From Amphiscolops sp. MND2022 (Eukaryota), in the NCBI GenBank assembly GCA_964187785.1, contig OZ076409.1, positions 41,666,001-41,730,000 on the forward strand: a stretch of 64,000 bases of DNA, read 5' to 3'. Each line of letters begins with the position of its first letter. Position 1 is the first letter of the stretch. This document shows positions 51,001-62,525 of the stretch, in pieces. The notes beneath the pieces are model-generated. The model ran no database searches. It saw nothing but the letters and a program-made list of their open reading frames with translations, and was not told the DNA's origin. A program made the translations under genes and the position numbers.

Positions 51001-54000
51001 AACGTCTCATAGTGCCGCAAAAAATCGAAAGGGGGACCATTTAGTCTCGTCCGGTTTTGTAGATTACGTTAAAAAAGTAAAAAATGAAAGGGGGACCCTT
51101 TGGGGACATTAAAAAATTTTCGAAAAAAAAGTCGCACAGTGCCGAAAAATGTAAAAAGGGGCACTCTTTTGGATTTATTAACATACATTGTGTTGCAAAA
51201 TATCAAAAACTAGAAGGGGGAACCTTTAGGGACATGAATAAAAATTTCGAAGAAAATTCGCACAGTGCCGAAAAAATCGAAAGGGGCCCTTTAGTCTCGT
51301 CCGGTTTTCTAGGTTACGTTAAAGTAAACACTGAAAGGGGGCCCTTTGCACTGAGTTTGCCTTGTCCAGACCTGGCCTTAGTGGTTTCAGGAGTTTCTCT
51401 AAAAAGTGGACCGATCAGAGTGAGGTCTGTGGTCTGAAGAAACAAGACGGGAACGTCTAAAGTCGGCGCTATCTATAAGGTCCAAAAAGCGCTAAGTTTT
51501 TAAAAACTGAAAAGAAAATTTTTGAGGACAAAAAACTATCATTCAGAAAAATCTGACAATGCCGAAAATTGGAAAGGGGGACCCTTTGATTTTTTCAATA
51601 ACCATTCAGTTGCAAAAAAAAATTTTAAAAAGAAGGGGGCCCTTTGGAGATATTAGTGAATTTTGAGAAAAACGTCTCATAGTGCCGCAAAAAATCGAAA
51701 GGGGGACCATTTAGTCTCGTCCGGTTTTGTAGATTACGTTAAAAAAGTAAAAAATGAAAGGGGGACCCTTTGGGGACATTAAAAAATTTTCGAAAAAAAA
51801 GTCGCACAGTGCCGAAAAATGTAAAAAGGGGCACTCTTTTGGATTTATTAACATACATTGTGTTGCAAAATATCAAAAACTAGAAGGGGGAACCTTTAGG
51901 GACATGAATAAAAATTTCGAAGAAAATTCGCACAGTGCCGAAAAAATCGAAAGGGGCCCTTTAGTCTCGTCCGGTTTTCTAGGTTACGTTAAAGTAAACA
52001 CTGAAAGGGGGGCCCTTTGCACTGAGTTTGCCTTGTCCAGACCTGGCCTTAGTGGTTTCAGGAGTTTCTCTAAAAAGTGGACCGATCAGAGTGAGGTCTG
52101 TGGTCTGAAGAAACAAGACGGGAACGTCTAAAGTCGGCGCTATCTATAAGGTCCAAAAAGCGCTAAGTTTTTAAAAACTGAAAAGAAAATTTTTGAGGAC
52201 AAAAAACTATCATTCAGAAAAATCTGACAATGCCGAAAATTGGAAAGGGGGACCCTTTGATTTTTTCAATAACCATTCAGTTGCAAAAAAAAATTTTAAA
52301 AAGAAGGGGGCCCTTTGGAGATATTAGTGAATTTTGAGAAAAACGTCTCATAGTGCCGCAAAAAATCGAAAGGGGGACCATTTAGTCTCGTCCGGTTTTG
52401 TAGATTACGTTAAAAAAGTAAAAAATGAAAGGGGGACCCTTTGGGGACATTAAAAAATTTTCGAAAAAAAAGTCGCACAGTGCCGAAAAATGTAAAAAGG
52501 GGCACTCTTTTGGATTTATTAACATACATTGTGTTGCAAAATATCAAAAACTAGAAGGGGGAACCTTTAGGGACATGAATAAAAATTTCGAAGAAAATTC
52601 GCACAGTGCCGAAAAAATCGAAAGGGGCCCTTTAGTCTCGTCCGGTTTTCTAGGTTACGTTAAAGTAAACACTGAAAGGGGGGCCCTTTGCACTGAGTTT
52701 GCCTTGTCCAGACCTGGCCTTAGTGGTTTCAGGAGTTTCTCTAAAAAGTGGACCGATCAGAGTGAGGTCTGTGGTCTGAAGAAACAAGACGGGAACGTCT
52801 AAAGTCGGCGCTATCTATAAGGTCCAAAAAGCGCTAAGTTTTTAAAAACTGAAAGGAAAATTTTTGAGGACAAAAAACTATCATTCAGAAAAATCTGACA
52901 ATGCCGAAAACTGGAAAGCGGGACCCTTTGGGTTTTTTAAATAACTATTCAGTTGCAAAAAATTTAAAAGAGGGGGGGCCCTTTGGAGATATTAGTGAAT
53001 TTTGAGAAAAACGTCTCATAGTGCCGCAAAAAATCGAAAGGGGGACCATTTAGTCTCGTCCGGTTTTGTAGATTACGTTAAAAAAGTAAAAAATGAAAGG
53101 GGGACCCTTTGGGGACATTAAAAAATTTTCGAAAAAAAAGTCGCACAGTGCCGAAAAATGTAAAAAGGGGAACTCTTTTGGATTTATTAACATACATTGT
53201 GTTGCAAAATATCAAAAACTCGAAGGGGGAACCTTTAGGGACATGAATAAAAATTTCGAAGAAAATTCGCACAGTGCCGAAAAAAATCGAAAGGGGCCCT
53301 TTAGTCTCGTCCGGTTTTCTAGGTTACGTTAAAGTAAACACTGAAAGGGGGGCCCTTTGCACTGAGTTTGCCTTGTCCAGACCTGGCCTTAGTGGTTTCA
53401 GGAGTTTCTCTAAAAAGTGGACCGATCAGAGTGAGGTCTGTGGTCTGAAGAAACAAGACGGGAACGTCTAAAGTCGGCGCTATCTTTAAGGTCCAAAAAA
53501 TGCTAAGTTTTTAAAAACTGAAAAGAAAGTTTTTGAGGACAAAAAACTATCATTCAGAAAAATCTGACAATGCCGAAAATTGGAAAGGGGGACCCTTTGG
53601 TTTTCTCAATAACCATTCAGTTGCAAAAAAAATTTTAAAAAAGAAGGGGGCCCTTTGGAGATGTTAGTGAATTTTGAGAAAAACGTCTCATAGTGCCGCA
53701 AAAAATCGAAAGGGGGACCATCTAGTCTCGTCCGGTTTTGTAGATTACGTTAAAAAAGTAAAAAATGAAAGGGGGACCCTTTGGGGACATTAAAAAATTT
53801 TCGAAAAAAAGTCGCACAGTGCCGAAAAATGTAAAAAGGGGCACTCTTTTGGATTTATTAACATACATTGTGTTGCAAAATATCAAAAACTCGAAGGGGG
53901 AACCTTTAGGGACATGAATAAAAATTTCGAAGAAAATTCGCACAGTGTCGAAAAAATTGAAAGGGGCCCTTTAGTCTCGTCCGGTTTTCTAGGTTACGTT

Positions 54001-57000
54001 AAAGTAAATACTGAAAGGGGGGCCCTTTGCACTGAGTTTGCCTTGTCCATACCTGGCCTTAGTGGTTTCAGGAGTTTCTCTGAAAAGTGGACCTATCAGA
54101 ATGAGGTCTGTGGTCTGAAGAAACAAGACGGGAACGTCTAAAGTCGGCGCTATCTATAAGGTCCAAAAAGCGCTAAGTTTTTAAAAACTGAAAAGAAAAT
54201 TTTTGAGGACAAAAAACTATCATTCAGAAAAATCTGACAATGCCGAAAATTGGAAAGGGGGACTCTTTGGTTTTTCAATAACCATTCAGTTGCAAAAAAA
54301 AAAATTAAAAAAGAAGGGGGCCCTTTGGAGACACAATAGTAAATTTTGGGGAAAACGTCTCAGTGCTGAAAAAAATCGAAAGGGGGACCATTTAGTCTCG
54401 TCCGGTTTTGTAGATTCCGTTAAAAAAGTAAAAAAATGAAAGGGGGACCCTTTGGGGACATTAAAAAATTTTCGAAAAAAAGTCGCACAGTGCCGAAAAA
54501 TGTAAAAAGGGGCACTCTTTTGGATTTATTAACATACATTGTGTTGCAAAATATCAAAAACTCGAAGGAGGAACCTTTAGGGACATGAATAAAAATTTCG
54601 AAGAAAATTCGCACAGTGTCGAAAAAATCGAAAGAGGCCCTTTAGTCTCGTCCGGTTTTCTAGGTTACGTTAAAGTAAACACTGAAAGGGGGCCCTTTGC
54701 ACTGAGTTTGCCTTGTCCATACCTGGCCTTAGTGGTTTCAGGAGTTTCTCTAAAAAGTGGACCGATCAGAGTGAGGTCTGTAGTCTGAAGAAACAAGACG
54801 GGAACGTCTAAAGTCGGCGCTATCTATAAGGTCCAAAAAGCGCTGAGTTTTTAAAAACTGAAAAAATTTTTGAGGACAAAAAACTATCATTCAGAAAAAT
54901 CTGACAATGCCGAAAATTGGAAAGGGGGACCCTTTGGTTTTTTCAATAACCATTCAGTTGCAAAAAAAAATTTAAAAAAGAAGGGGGCCCTTTGGAGATA
55001 TTAGTGAATTTTGAGAAAAACGTCTCATAGTGCCGCAAAAAATCGAAAGGGGGACCATTTAGTCTCGTCCCGTTTTGTAGATTACGTTAAAAAAGTAAAA
55101 AATGAAAGGGGAACCCTTTGGGACATTAAAAAATTTTCGAAAAAAAGTCGCAGAGTGCCGAAAAATGTAAAAAGGGGCACTCTTTTGGATTTATTAACAT
55201 ACATTGTGTTGCAAAATATCAAAAACTCGAAGGGGGAACCTTTAGGGACATGAATAAAAATTTCGAAGAAAATTCGCACAGTGTCGAAAAAATCGAAAGG
55301 GGCCCTTTAGTCTCGTCCGGTTTTCTAGGTTACGTTAGAATAAACACTGAAAGGGGGCCCTTTGCACTGAGTTTGCCTTGTCCATACCTGGCCTTAGTGG
55401 TTTCAGGAGTTTCTCTAAAAAGTGGACCGATCAGAGTGAGGTCTGTAGTCTGAAGAAACAAGACGGGAACGTCTAAAGTCGGCGCTATCTATAAGGTCCA
55501 AAAAGCGCTAAGTTTTTAAAAACTGAAAAGAAAATTTTTGAGGACAAAAAACTATCATTTAGAAAAATCTGACAATGCCGAAAATTGGAAAGGGGGACCC
55601 TTTGGTTTTTTCAATAACCATTCAGTTGCAAAAAAAAATTTTAAAAAAGGGGCCCTTTGGAGATATTAGTGAATTTTGAGAAAAACGTCTCATAGTGCCG
55701 CAAAAAATCGAAAGGGGGACCATTTAGTCTCGTCCCGTTTTGTAGATTACGTTAAAAAAGTAAAAAATGAAAGGGGAACCCTTTGGGGACATTAAAAAAT
55801 TTTCGAAAAAAAGTCGCACAGTGCCGAAAAATGTAAAAAGGGGCACTCTTTTGGATTTATTAACATACATTGTGTTGCAAAATATCAAAAACTCGAAGGG
55901 GGAACCTTTAGGGACATGAATAAAAATTTCGAAGAAAATTCGCACAGTGTCGAAAAAATTGAAAGGGGCCCTTTAGTCTCGTCCGGTTTTCTAGGTTACG
56001 TTAAAGTAAATACTGAAAGGGGGGCCCTTTGCACTGAGTTTGCCTTGTCCATACCTGGCCTTAGTGGTTTCAGGAGTTTCTCTGAAAAGTGGACCGATCA
56101 GAGTGAGGTCTGTGGTCTGAAGAAACAAGACGGGAACGTCTAAAGTCGGCGCTATCTATAAGGTCCAAAAAGCGCTAAGTTTTTAAAAACTGAAAAGAAA
56201 ATTTTTGAGGACAAAAAACTATCATTCAGAAAAATCTGACAATGCCGAAAATTGGAAAGGGGGACCCTTTGGTTTTTTCAATAACCATTCAGTTGCAAAA
56301 AAAATTTAAAAAAGAAGGGGGCCCTTTGGAGATATTAGTGAATTTTGAGAAAAACGTCTCATAGTGCCGCAAAAAATCGAAAGGGGGACCATTTAGTCTC
56401 GTCCCGTTTTGTAGATTACGTTAAAAAAGTAAAAAATGAAAGGGGAACCCTTTGGGACATTAAAAAATTTTCGAAAAAAAGTCGCACAGTGCCGAAAAAT
56501 GTAAAAAGGGGCACTCTTTTGGATTTATTAACATACATTGTGTTGCAAAATATCAAAAACTCGAAGGGGGAACCTTTAGGGACATGAATAAAAATTTCGA
56601 AGAAAATTCGCACAGTGTCGAAAAAATCGAAAGGGGCCCTTTAGTCTCGTCCGGTTTTCTAGGTTACGTTAGAATAAACACTGAAAGGGGGGCCCTTTGC
56701 ACTGAGTTTGCCTTGTCCATACCTGGCCTTAGTGGTTTCAGGAGTTTCTCTAAAAAGTGGACCGATCAGAGTGAGGTCTGTAGTCTGAAGAAACAAGACG
56801 GGAACGTCTAAAGTCGGCGCTATCTATAAGGTCCAAAAAGCGCTAAGTTTTTAAAAACTGAAAAGAAAATTTTTGAGGACAAAAAACTATCATTTAGAAA
56901 AATCTGACAATGCCGAAAATTGGAAAGGGGGACCCTTTGGTTTTTTCAATAACCATTCAGTTGCAAAAAAAATTTTAAAAAAAGGGGGCCCTTTGGAGAT

Positions 57001-60000
57001 ATTAGTGAATTTTGAGAAAAACGTCTCATAGTGCCGCAAAAAATCGAAAGGGGGACCATTTAGTCTCGTCCCGTTTTGTAGATTACGTTAAAAAAGTAAA
57101 AAATGAAAGGGGAACCCTTTGGGGACATTAAAAAATTTTCGAAAAAAAGTCGCACAGTGCCGAAAAATGTAAAAAGGGGCACTCTTTTGGATTTATTAAC
57201 ATACATTGTGTTGCAAAATATCAAAAACTCGAAGGGGGAACCTTTAGGGACATGAATAAAAATTTCGAAGAGAATTCGCACAGTGTCGAAAAAATTGAAA
57301 GGGGCCCTTTAGTCTCGTCCGGTTTTCTAGGTTACGTTAAAGTAAATACTGAAAGGGGGCCCTTTGCACTGAGTTTGCCTTGTCCATACCTGGCCTTAGT
57401 GGTTTCAGGAGTTTCTCTGAAAAGTGGACCGATCAGAGTGAGGTCTGTGGTCTGAAGAAACAAGACGGGAACGTCTAAAGTCGGCGCTATCTGTAAGGTC
57501 CAAAAAGCGCTAAGTTTTTAAAAACTGAAAAGAAAATTTTTGAGGACAAAAAACTATCATTCAGAAAAATCTGACAATGCCGAAAATTGGAAAGGGGGAC
57601 CCTTTGGTTTTTTCAATAACCATTCAGTTGCAAAAAAAATTTAAAAAAGAAGGGGGCCCTTTGGAGACACAATAGTAAATTTTGGGAAAAACGTCTCAGT
57701 GCTGAAAAAAATTGAAAGGGGGACCATTTAGTCTCGTCCGGTTTTGTAGATTACGTTAAAAAAGTAAAAAATGAAAGGGGGACCCTTTGGGGACATTAAA
57801 AAATTTTCGAAAAAAAGTCGCACAGTTCCGAAAAATGTAAAAAGGGGCACTCTTTTGGATTTATTAACATACATTGTGTTGCAAACTATCAAAAACTCGA
57901 AGGGGGAACCTTTAGGGACATGAATAAAAATTTCGAAGAAAATTCGCACAGTGTCGAAAAAATCGAAAGGGGCCCTTTAGTCTCGTCTGGTTTTCTAGGT
58001 TACGTTAAAGTAAACACTGAAGGGGGGGCCCTTTGCACTGAGTTTGCCTTGTCCATACCTGGCCTTAGTGGTTTCAGGAGTTTCTCTAAAAAGTGGACCG
58101 ATCAGAGTGAGGTCTGTAGTCTGAAGAAACAAGACGGGAACGTCTAAAGTCGGCGCTATCTATAAGGTCCAAAAAGCGCTAAGTTTTTAAAAACTGAAAA
58201 GAAAATTTTTGAGGACAAAAAACTATCATTCAGAAAAATCTGACAATGCCGAAAATTGGAAAGGGGGACCCTTTGGTTTTTTCAATAACCATTCAGTTGC
58301 AAAAAAAATTTAAAAAAGAAGGGGGCCCTTTGGAGACACAATAGTAAATTTTGGGAAAAACGTCTCAGTGCTGAAAAAAATTGAAAGGGGGACCATTTAG
58401 TCTCGTCCGGTTTTGTAGATTACGTTAAAAAAGTAAAAAATGAAAGGGGGACCCTTTGGGGACATTAAAAAATTTTCGAAAAAAAGTCGCACAGTTCCGA
58501 AAAATGTAAAAAGGGGCACTCTTTTGGATTTATTAACATACATTGTGTTGCAAACTATCAAAAACTCGAAGGGGGAACCTTTAGGGACATGAATAAAAAT
58601 TTCGAAGAAAATTCGCACAGTGTCGAAAAAATCGAAAGGGGCCCTTTAGTCTCGTCTGGTTTTCTAGGTTACGTTAAAGTAAACACTGAAGGGGGGGCCC
58701 TTTGCACTGAGTTTGCCTTGTCCATACCTGGCCTTAGTGGTTTCAGGAGTTTCTCTAAAAAGTGGACCGATCAGAGTGAGGTCTGTAGTCTGAAGAAACA
58801 AGACGGGAACGTCTAAAGTCGGCGCTATCTATAAGGTCCAAAAAGCGCTAAGTTTTTAAAAACTGAAAAGAAAATTTTTGAGGACAAAAAACTATCATTC
58901 AGAAAAATCTGGCAATGCCGAAAATTGGAAAGGGGGACCCTTTGGTTTTTTCAATAACCATTCAGTTGCAAAAAAAAATTTAAAAAAGAAGGGGGCCCTT
59001 TGGAGATATTAGTGAATTTTGAGAAAAACGTCTCATAGTGCCGCAAAAAATCGAAAGGGGGACCATTTAGTCTCGTCCGATTTTGTAGATTACGTTAAAA
59101 AAGTAAAAAATGAAAGGGGGACCCTTTGGGGACATTCGAAAAATTTTCGAAAAGTCGCACAGTGCCGAAAAATGTAAAAAGGAGCACTCTTTTGGATTTA
59201 TCAACATACATTGTGTTGCAAACTATCAAAAACTCGAAGGGAGAACCTTTAGGGACATGAATAAAAATTTCGAAGAAAATTCGCACAGTGTCGAAAAAAT
59301 CGAAAGGGGCCCTTTAGTCTCGTCTGGTTTTCTAGGTTACGTTAAAGTAAACACTGAAGGGGGGGCCCTTTGCACTGAGTTTGCCTTGTCCATACCTGGC
59401 CTTAGTGGTTTCAGGAGTTTCTCTAAAAAGTGGACCGATCAGAGTGAGGTCTGTAGTCTGAAGAAACAAGACGGGAACGTCTAAAGTCGGCGCTATCTAT
59501 AAGGTCCAAAAAGCGCTAAGTTTTTAAAAACTGAAAAAAATTTTGAGGACAAAAAACTATCATTCAGAAAAATCTGACAATGCCGAAAATTGGAAAGGGG
59601 GACCCTTTGGTTTTTTCAATAACCATTCAGTTGCTAAAAAAAATTTTAAAAAAGAAGGGGGCCCTTTGGAGATATTAGTGAATTTTGAAAAAAACGTCTC
59701 ATAGTGCCGCAAAAAATCGAAAGGGGGACCATTTAGTCTCGTCCGGTTTTGTAGATTACGTTAAAAAAGTAAAAAATGAAACGGGGACCCTTTGGGGACA
59801 TTGAAAAATTTTCGAAAAAAAGTCGCAAATTGCCGAAAAATGTAAAAAGGGGCACTCTTTTGGATTTATTAACATACATTGTGTTGCAAAATATCAAAAA
59901 CTCGAAGGGGGAACCTTAAGAGACATGAATAAAAATTTCGAAGAAAATTCGCACAGTGTCGAAAAAATCGAAAGGGGCCCTTTAGTCTCGTCCGGTTTTC

Positions 60001-60610
60001 TAGGTTACGTTAAAGTAAACACTGAAAGGGGGGCCCTTTGCACTGAAATTGCCTTGTCCAGACCTGGCCTTAGTGGTTTCAGGAGTTTCTCTAAAAATTG
60101 GACCGATCAGAGTGAGGTCTGTGGTCTGACGAAAAACAAGACGGGAACGTCTAAAGTCGGCGCTATATCTAAGGCTCAAAAAGCGCAAAACATTTTTTTT
60201 GCGAAAAACTTGAAATTGACAAACTTTTTTTTTCGGAAAATGTCGCATAGTGCCGAAAAATGTAGAAGCTTTTGGGTTTTATTAACATATATTCTGTTGC
60301 AAATATCAACTCGAAAGGGGGACTCTTTTGAGACATCGAAAACTTTCGAAAAAAATTTCGCACAGTGCCGAAAAAAATTGACAGGGGGCCCATTTGTCTC
60401 GTCCGGTTTTGTAGGTTACGTTTAAAAAGTAGAAAATGAAAGGGGACCCTTTTGCACTAATTTCCGCTGACCGGACTTGGCCTTATTGTCTTAGTAGTTT
60501 CTTTTGTAGGAAAAGTGGACCAATCAGAGTGAGATTGTAGTCTGACGAAAAAAAAGCTAGCCACTGTAATAGTCGGGCTCCCTTCATTAGAAAAACGCCG
60601 ATTAAAAAAA
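27004..60610 (-). repeat. ~33.6-kb satellite of about 50 ~670-bp monomers derived from a Helentron-type non-autonomous element
   Basis: AAACAAGACGG(G/A)AACGTCTAAAGTCGGCGCTAT recurs 51 times by my count (27004, 27516, 28187 ... 59464, 60134). Most monomers are 664-674 bp, with ~607, 512 and 742-bp variants. The ORF track repeats with the same period. Confidence 0.97.
60134..60610 (-). mobile_element. Terminal array unit that is a complete HINE-like element (the only 5' end in the array)
   Basis: Ends GCTAGCCACTGTAATAGTCGGGCTC...AAACGCCGATTAAAAAAA (5' subTIR plus inverted repeat), which is absent from all internal monomers. Confidence 0.75.
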
Positions 60611-60856
60611 ACAAGCCGGTAACGGCCCAAGTCGGCGCCATATCTAAGGCTCAAAAATAACAAAAGGACTTCAAAGTGTCAAAGTATTCTCTTCTAAAGC
60701 ACCCGCACGAGATAAAAATTGATTTCAATGAAATAAAAAATTTTTTGAAGTTCCCGGTAAGTCACATAGTGCCGAAAAATGTAAAAGGAGGGACCCTTTG
60801 GGATTTTTTGAACGTCCATTCTGTTACGCCCAAAATATCAAAAAAAATGATTTCAA
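60609..60856 (-). mobile_element. Truncated HINE of a second subfamily (GCCG hairpin type)
   Basis: ACAAGCCGGTAACGGCCCAAGTCGGCGCCATATCTAAGGCTCAAAAATAACAAAAGGACTTCAAAGTGTC matches the reverse complement of 3600-3674. Confidence 0.7.
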
Positions 60857-62446
60857 GTTTTCAAAATGTTTTGCGCTTTTTGAGCTTTAGATATAGCGCC
60901 AACTTTAGACGTTCTCGTCTTGTTTACTAAAAAAAATGACCGCCCACTAAAAAATAGTTTTTCCTTTAAAAATAGATAGTGATTCTAAATGACCCCACAA
61001 TAGCCAAATCAGAAAGTTTTTCTTTAAAAATAGATAGTGACTCTAAATGACCCCACAATAGCCAATAACTCATATCAGACGACAACTCATATCAGATAAA
61101 AAAACGACAACTTATATCAAGCGATAACTCATATCAATTAGAAAAGTGACAACTCATATCAGGTTTGTCATTAGGTTACAAAAACCAAAATTATCCTTCA
61201 AGAACAATTTATAATTTACTACAATTAGAAATTTCAAAGTTCATTTTATGCGCTACACTAAGATAATTTTCTCTGCAGCCCTTTTGGATTAGAGTGTGAT
61301 AAGGAAGTAATTATACATGACACTGATACTTACACCAAAATCTTGTGACTGTTTTATCTAGAATTTCTAATTATTTCTCAATAAACTTATGTTCTCTAAT
61401 TATCTAATAAAATATGAAAACCACTTTTCTCACATTTGTGCAATATTTGTATTAACTCTGCTTTTTGTGATAATTTTGTGAATACCCCGACAGTTGAGAA
61501 ATGAAATTGTTAGCTGCATAGCATAACCTGGTACCAAAAATTGTTATATTCTGAAAAATTCCAATTACACCAAAATCTATTTTTAGTCGGCGCTTTTCTA
61601 GTGAAAAGAGCCCGACTAGTACAGTGGCTAGTTTTTTTCTTTTTTTTTCGTCAGACCACAGACCTCACCGTCTATGTACTCATTTTTACAGAAACTACTA
61701 AAGCTACTCAGGCCAAGTCCGGCCAATGCAAACCTAGCGCAAAGGGTCCTCCATTTCATTTTTTACCTTTTTTACGTAACTTACAAAACCGGACGAGACC
61801 AAAAGGCCTCCTCGGCACTGTGCGAAATTTTTTCGAAAAAATTTTAATGTCTCAAAAGAGCCCCCCTTCGAGTTTTTTGATATTTTGCAACATAATGTAT
61901 GTTAATAATTCCCAAATGGTCCCTCCTTTTCATTTTTCGGCACTATGCGACATTTTTCGAAAGAGAAAAGTACGAAGTCTTTTCAAAGAAAGTTTTTTTG
62001 TTGCCAGTCGGGGAAAAAGTGATTTCCCAGTCATGTCGAGAATGAAAGGCACACTTTGGGTGTCTCGAAACTGTTTTCAAAGCTTTGCCTGAGTACGTCT
62101 TGGGCATATTTTAAAAACTTTGCGCTTTTTGAGCCTGATTATTTAGTACCTGATTTTGCACGCATACAAAGCCTCTAACACGAAATACAAAACCATTTCA
62201 AAGCAGAAGTGCCCCTTTCCACTTTTTTCGGCAGTATGAGACTCCCCGATTTATCGGCTCTGTGAGATTTTTTTCAGAGAACTTTTCAGTGTCACCAAAT
62301 GGTAAAAATCCCAAAAGGTCTTAAATAAAATCCCACAAAGGTCTAGAAGGGCCCTTCTAGATTTTTCGGCATCATCGAAAATTTCTTCCAAAGGATCCTC
62401 GGAAGTTTTTATTCTAAGTAATTTGCGTTTTACTACGGAGGATGCC
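60857..62446 (-). repeat. Right arm of the long inverted repeat
   Basis: Reverse complement of 25281-27075 with indels (lacks ~26840-26980 and ~25555-25670). Contains a HINE 5' end at 61581-61617. Confidence 0.9.
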
Positions 62447-62525
62447 GTAGTTAATTTCTGTAAAAAGTGGACCTTTCAGTATGAGTCTGTGGTCTGAAAA
62501 AAAGGTCAGTGTAAGAGTGGGACAT

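Noticed and set aside
27004..60610. Dozens of near-identical 63-169 aa ORFs (MNKNFEENSHSAEK..., MRIFFEIFIHVPKG...) as a tandem gene cluster
   Set aside because: They open and close with homopolymer length changes, occur on both strands, and have no domain; they are by-products of the satellite.
27004..60610. CRISPR array or integron-like cassette array
   Set aside because: Sequences between the repeated hairpins are near-identical rather than unique spacers or cassettes; no cas or integrase genes; eukaryotic context.
19614..60610. 5S rRNA, snRNA, SL-RNA or histone tandem gene repeats
   Set aside because: I recognised no such RNA sequence, Pol III box or histone ORF in either unit. An Rfam/Infernal scan would be needed to exclude this formally.
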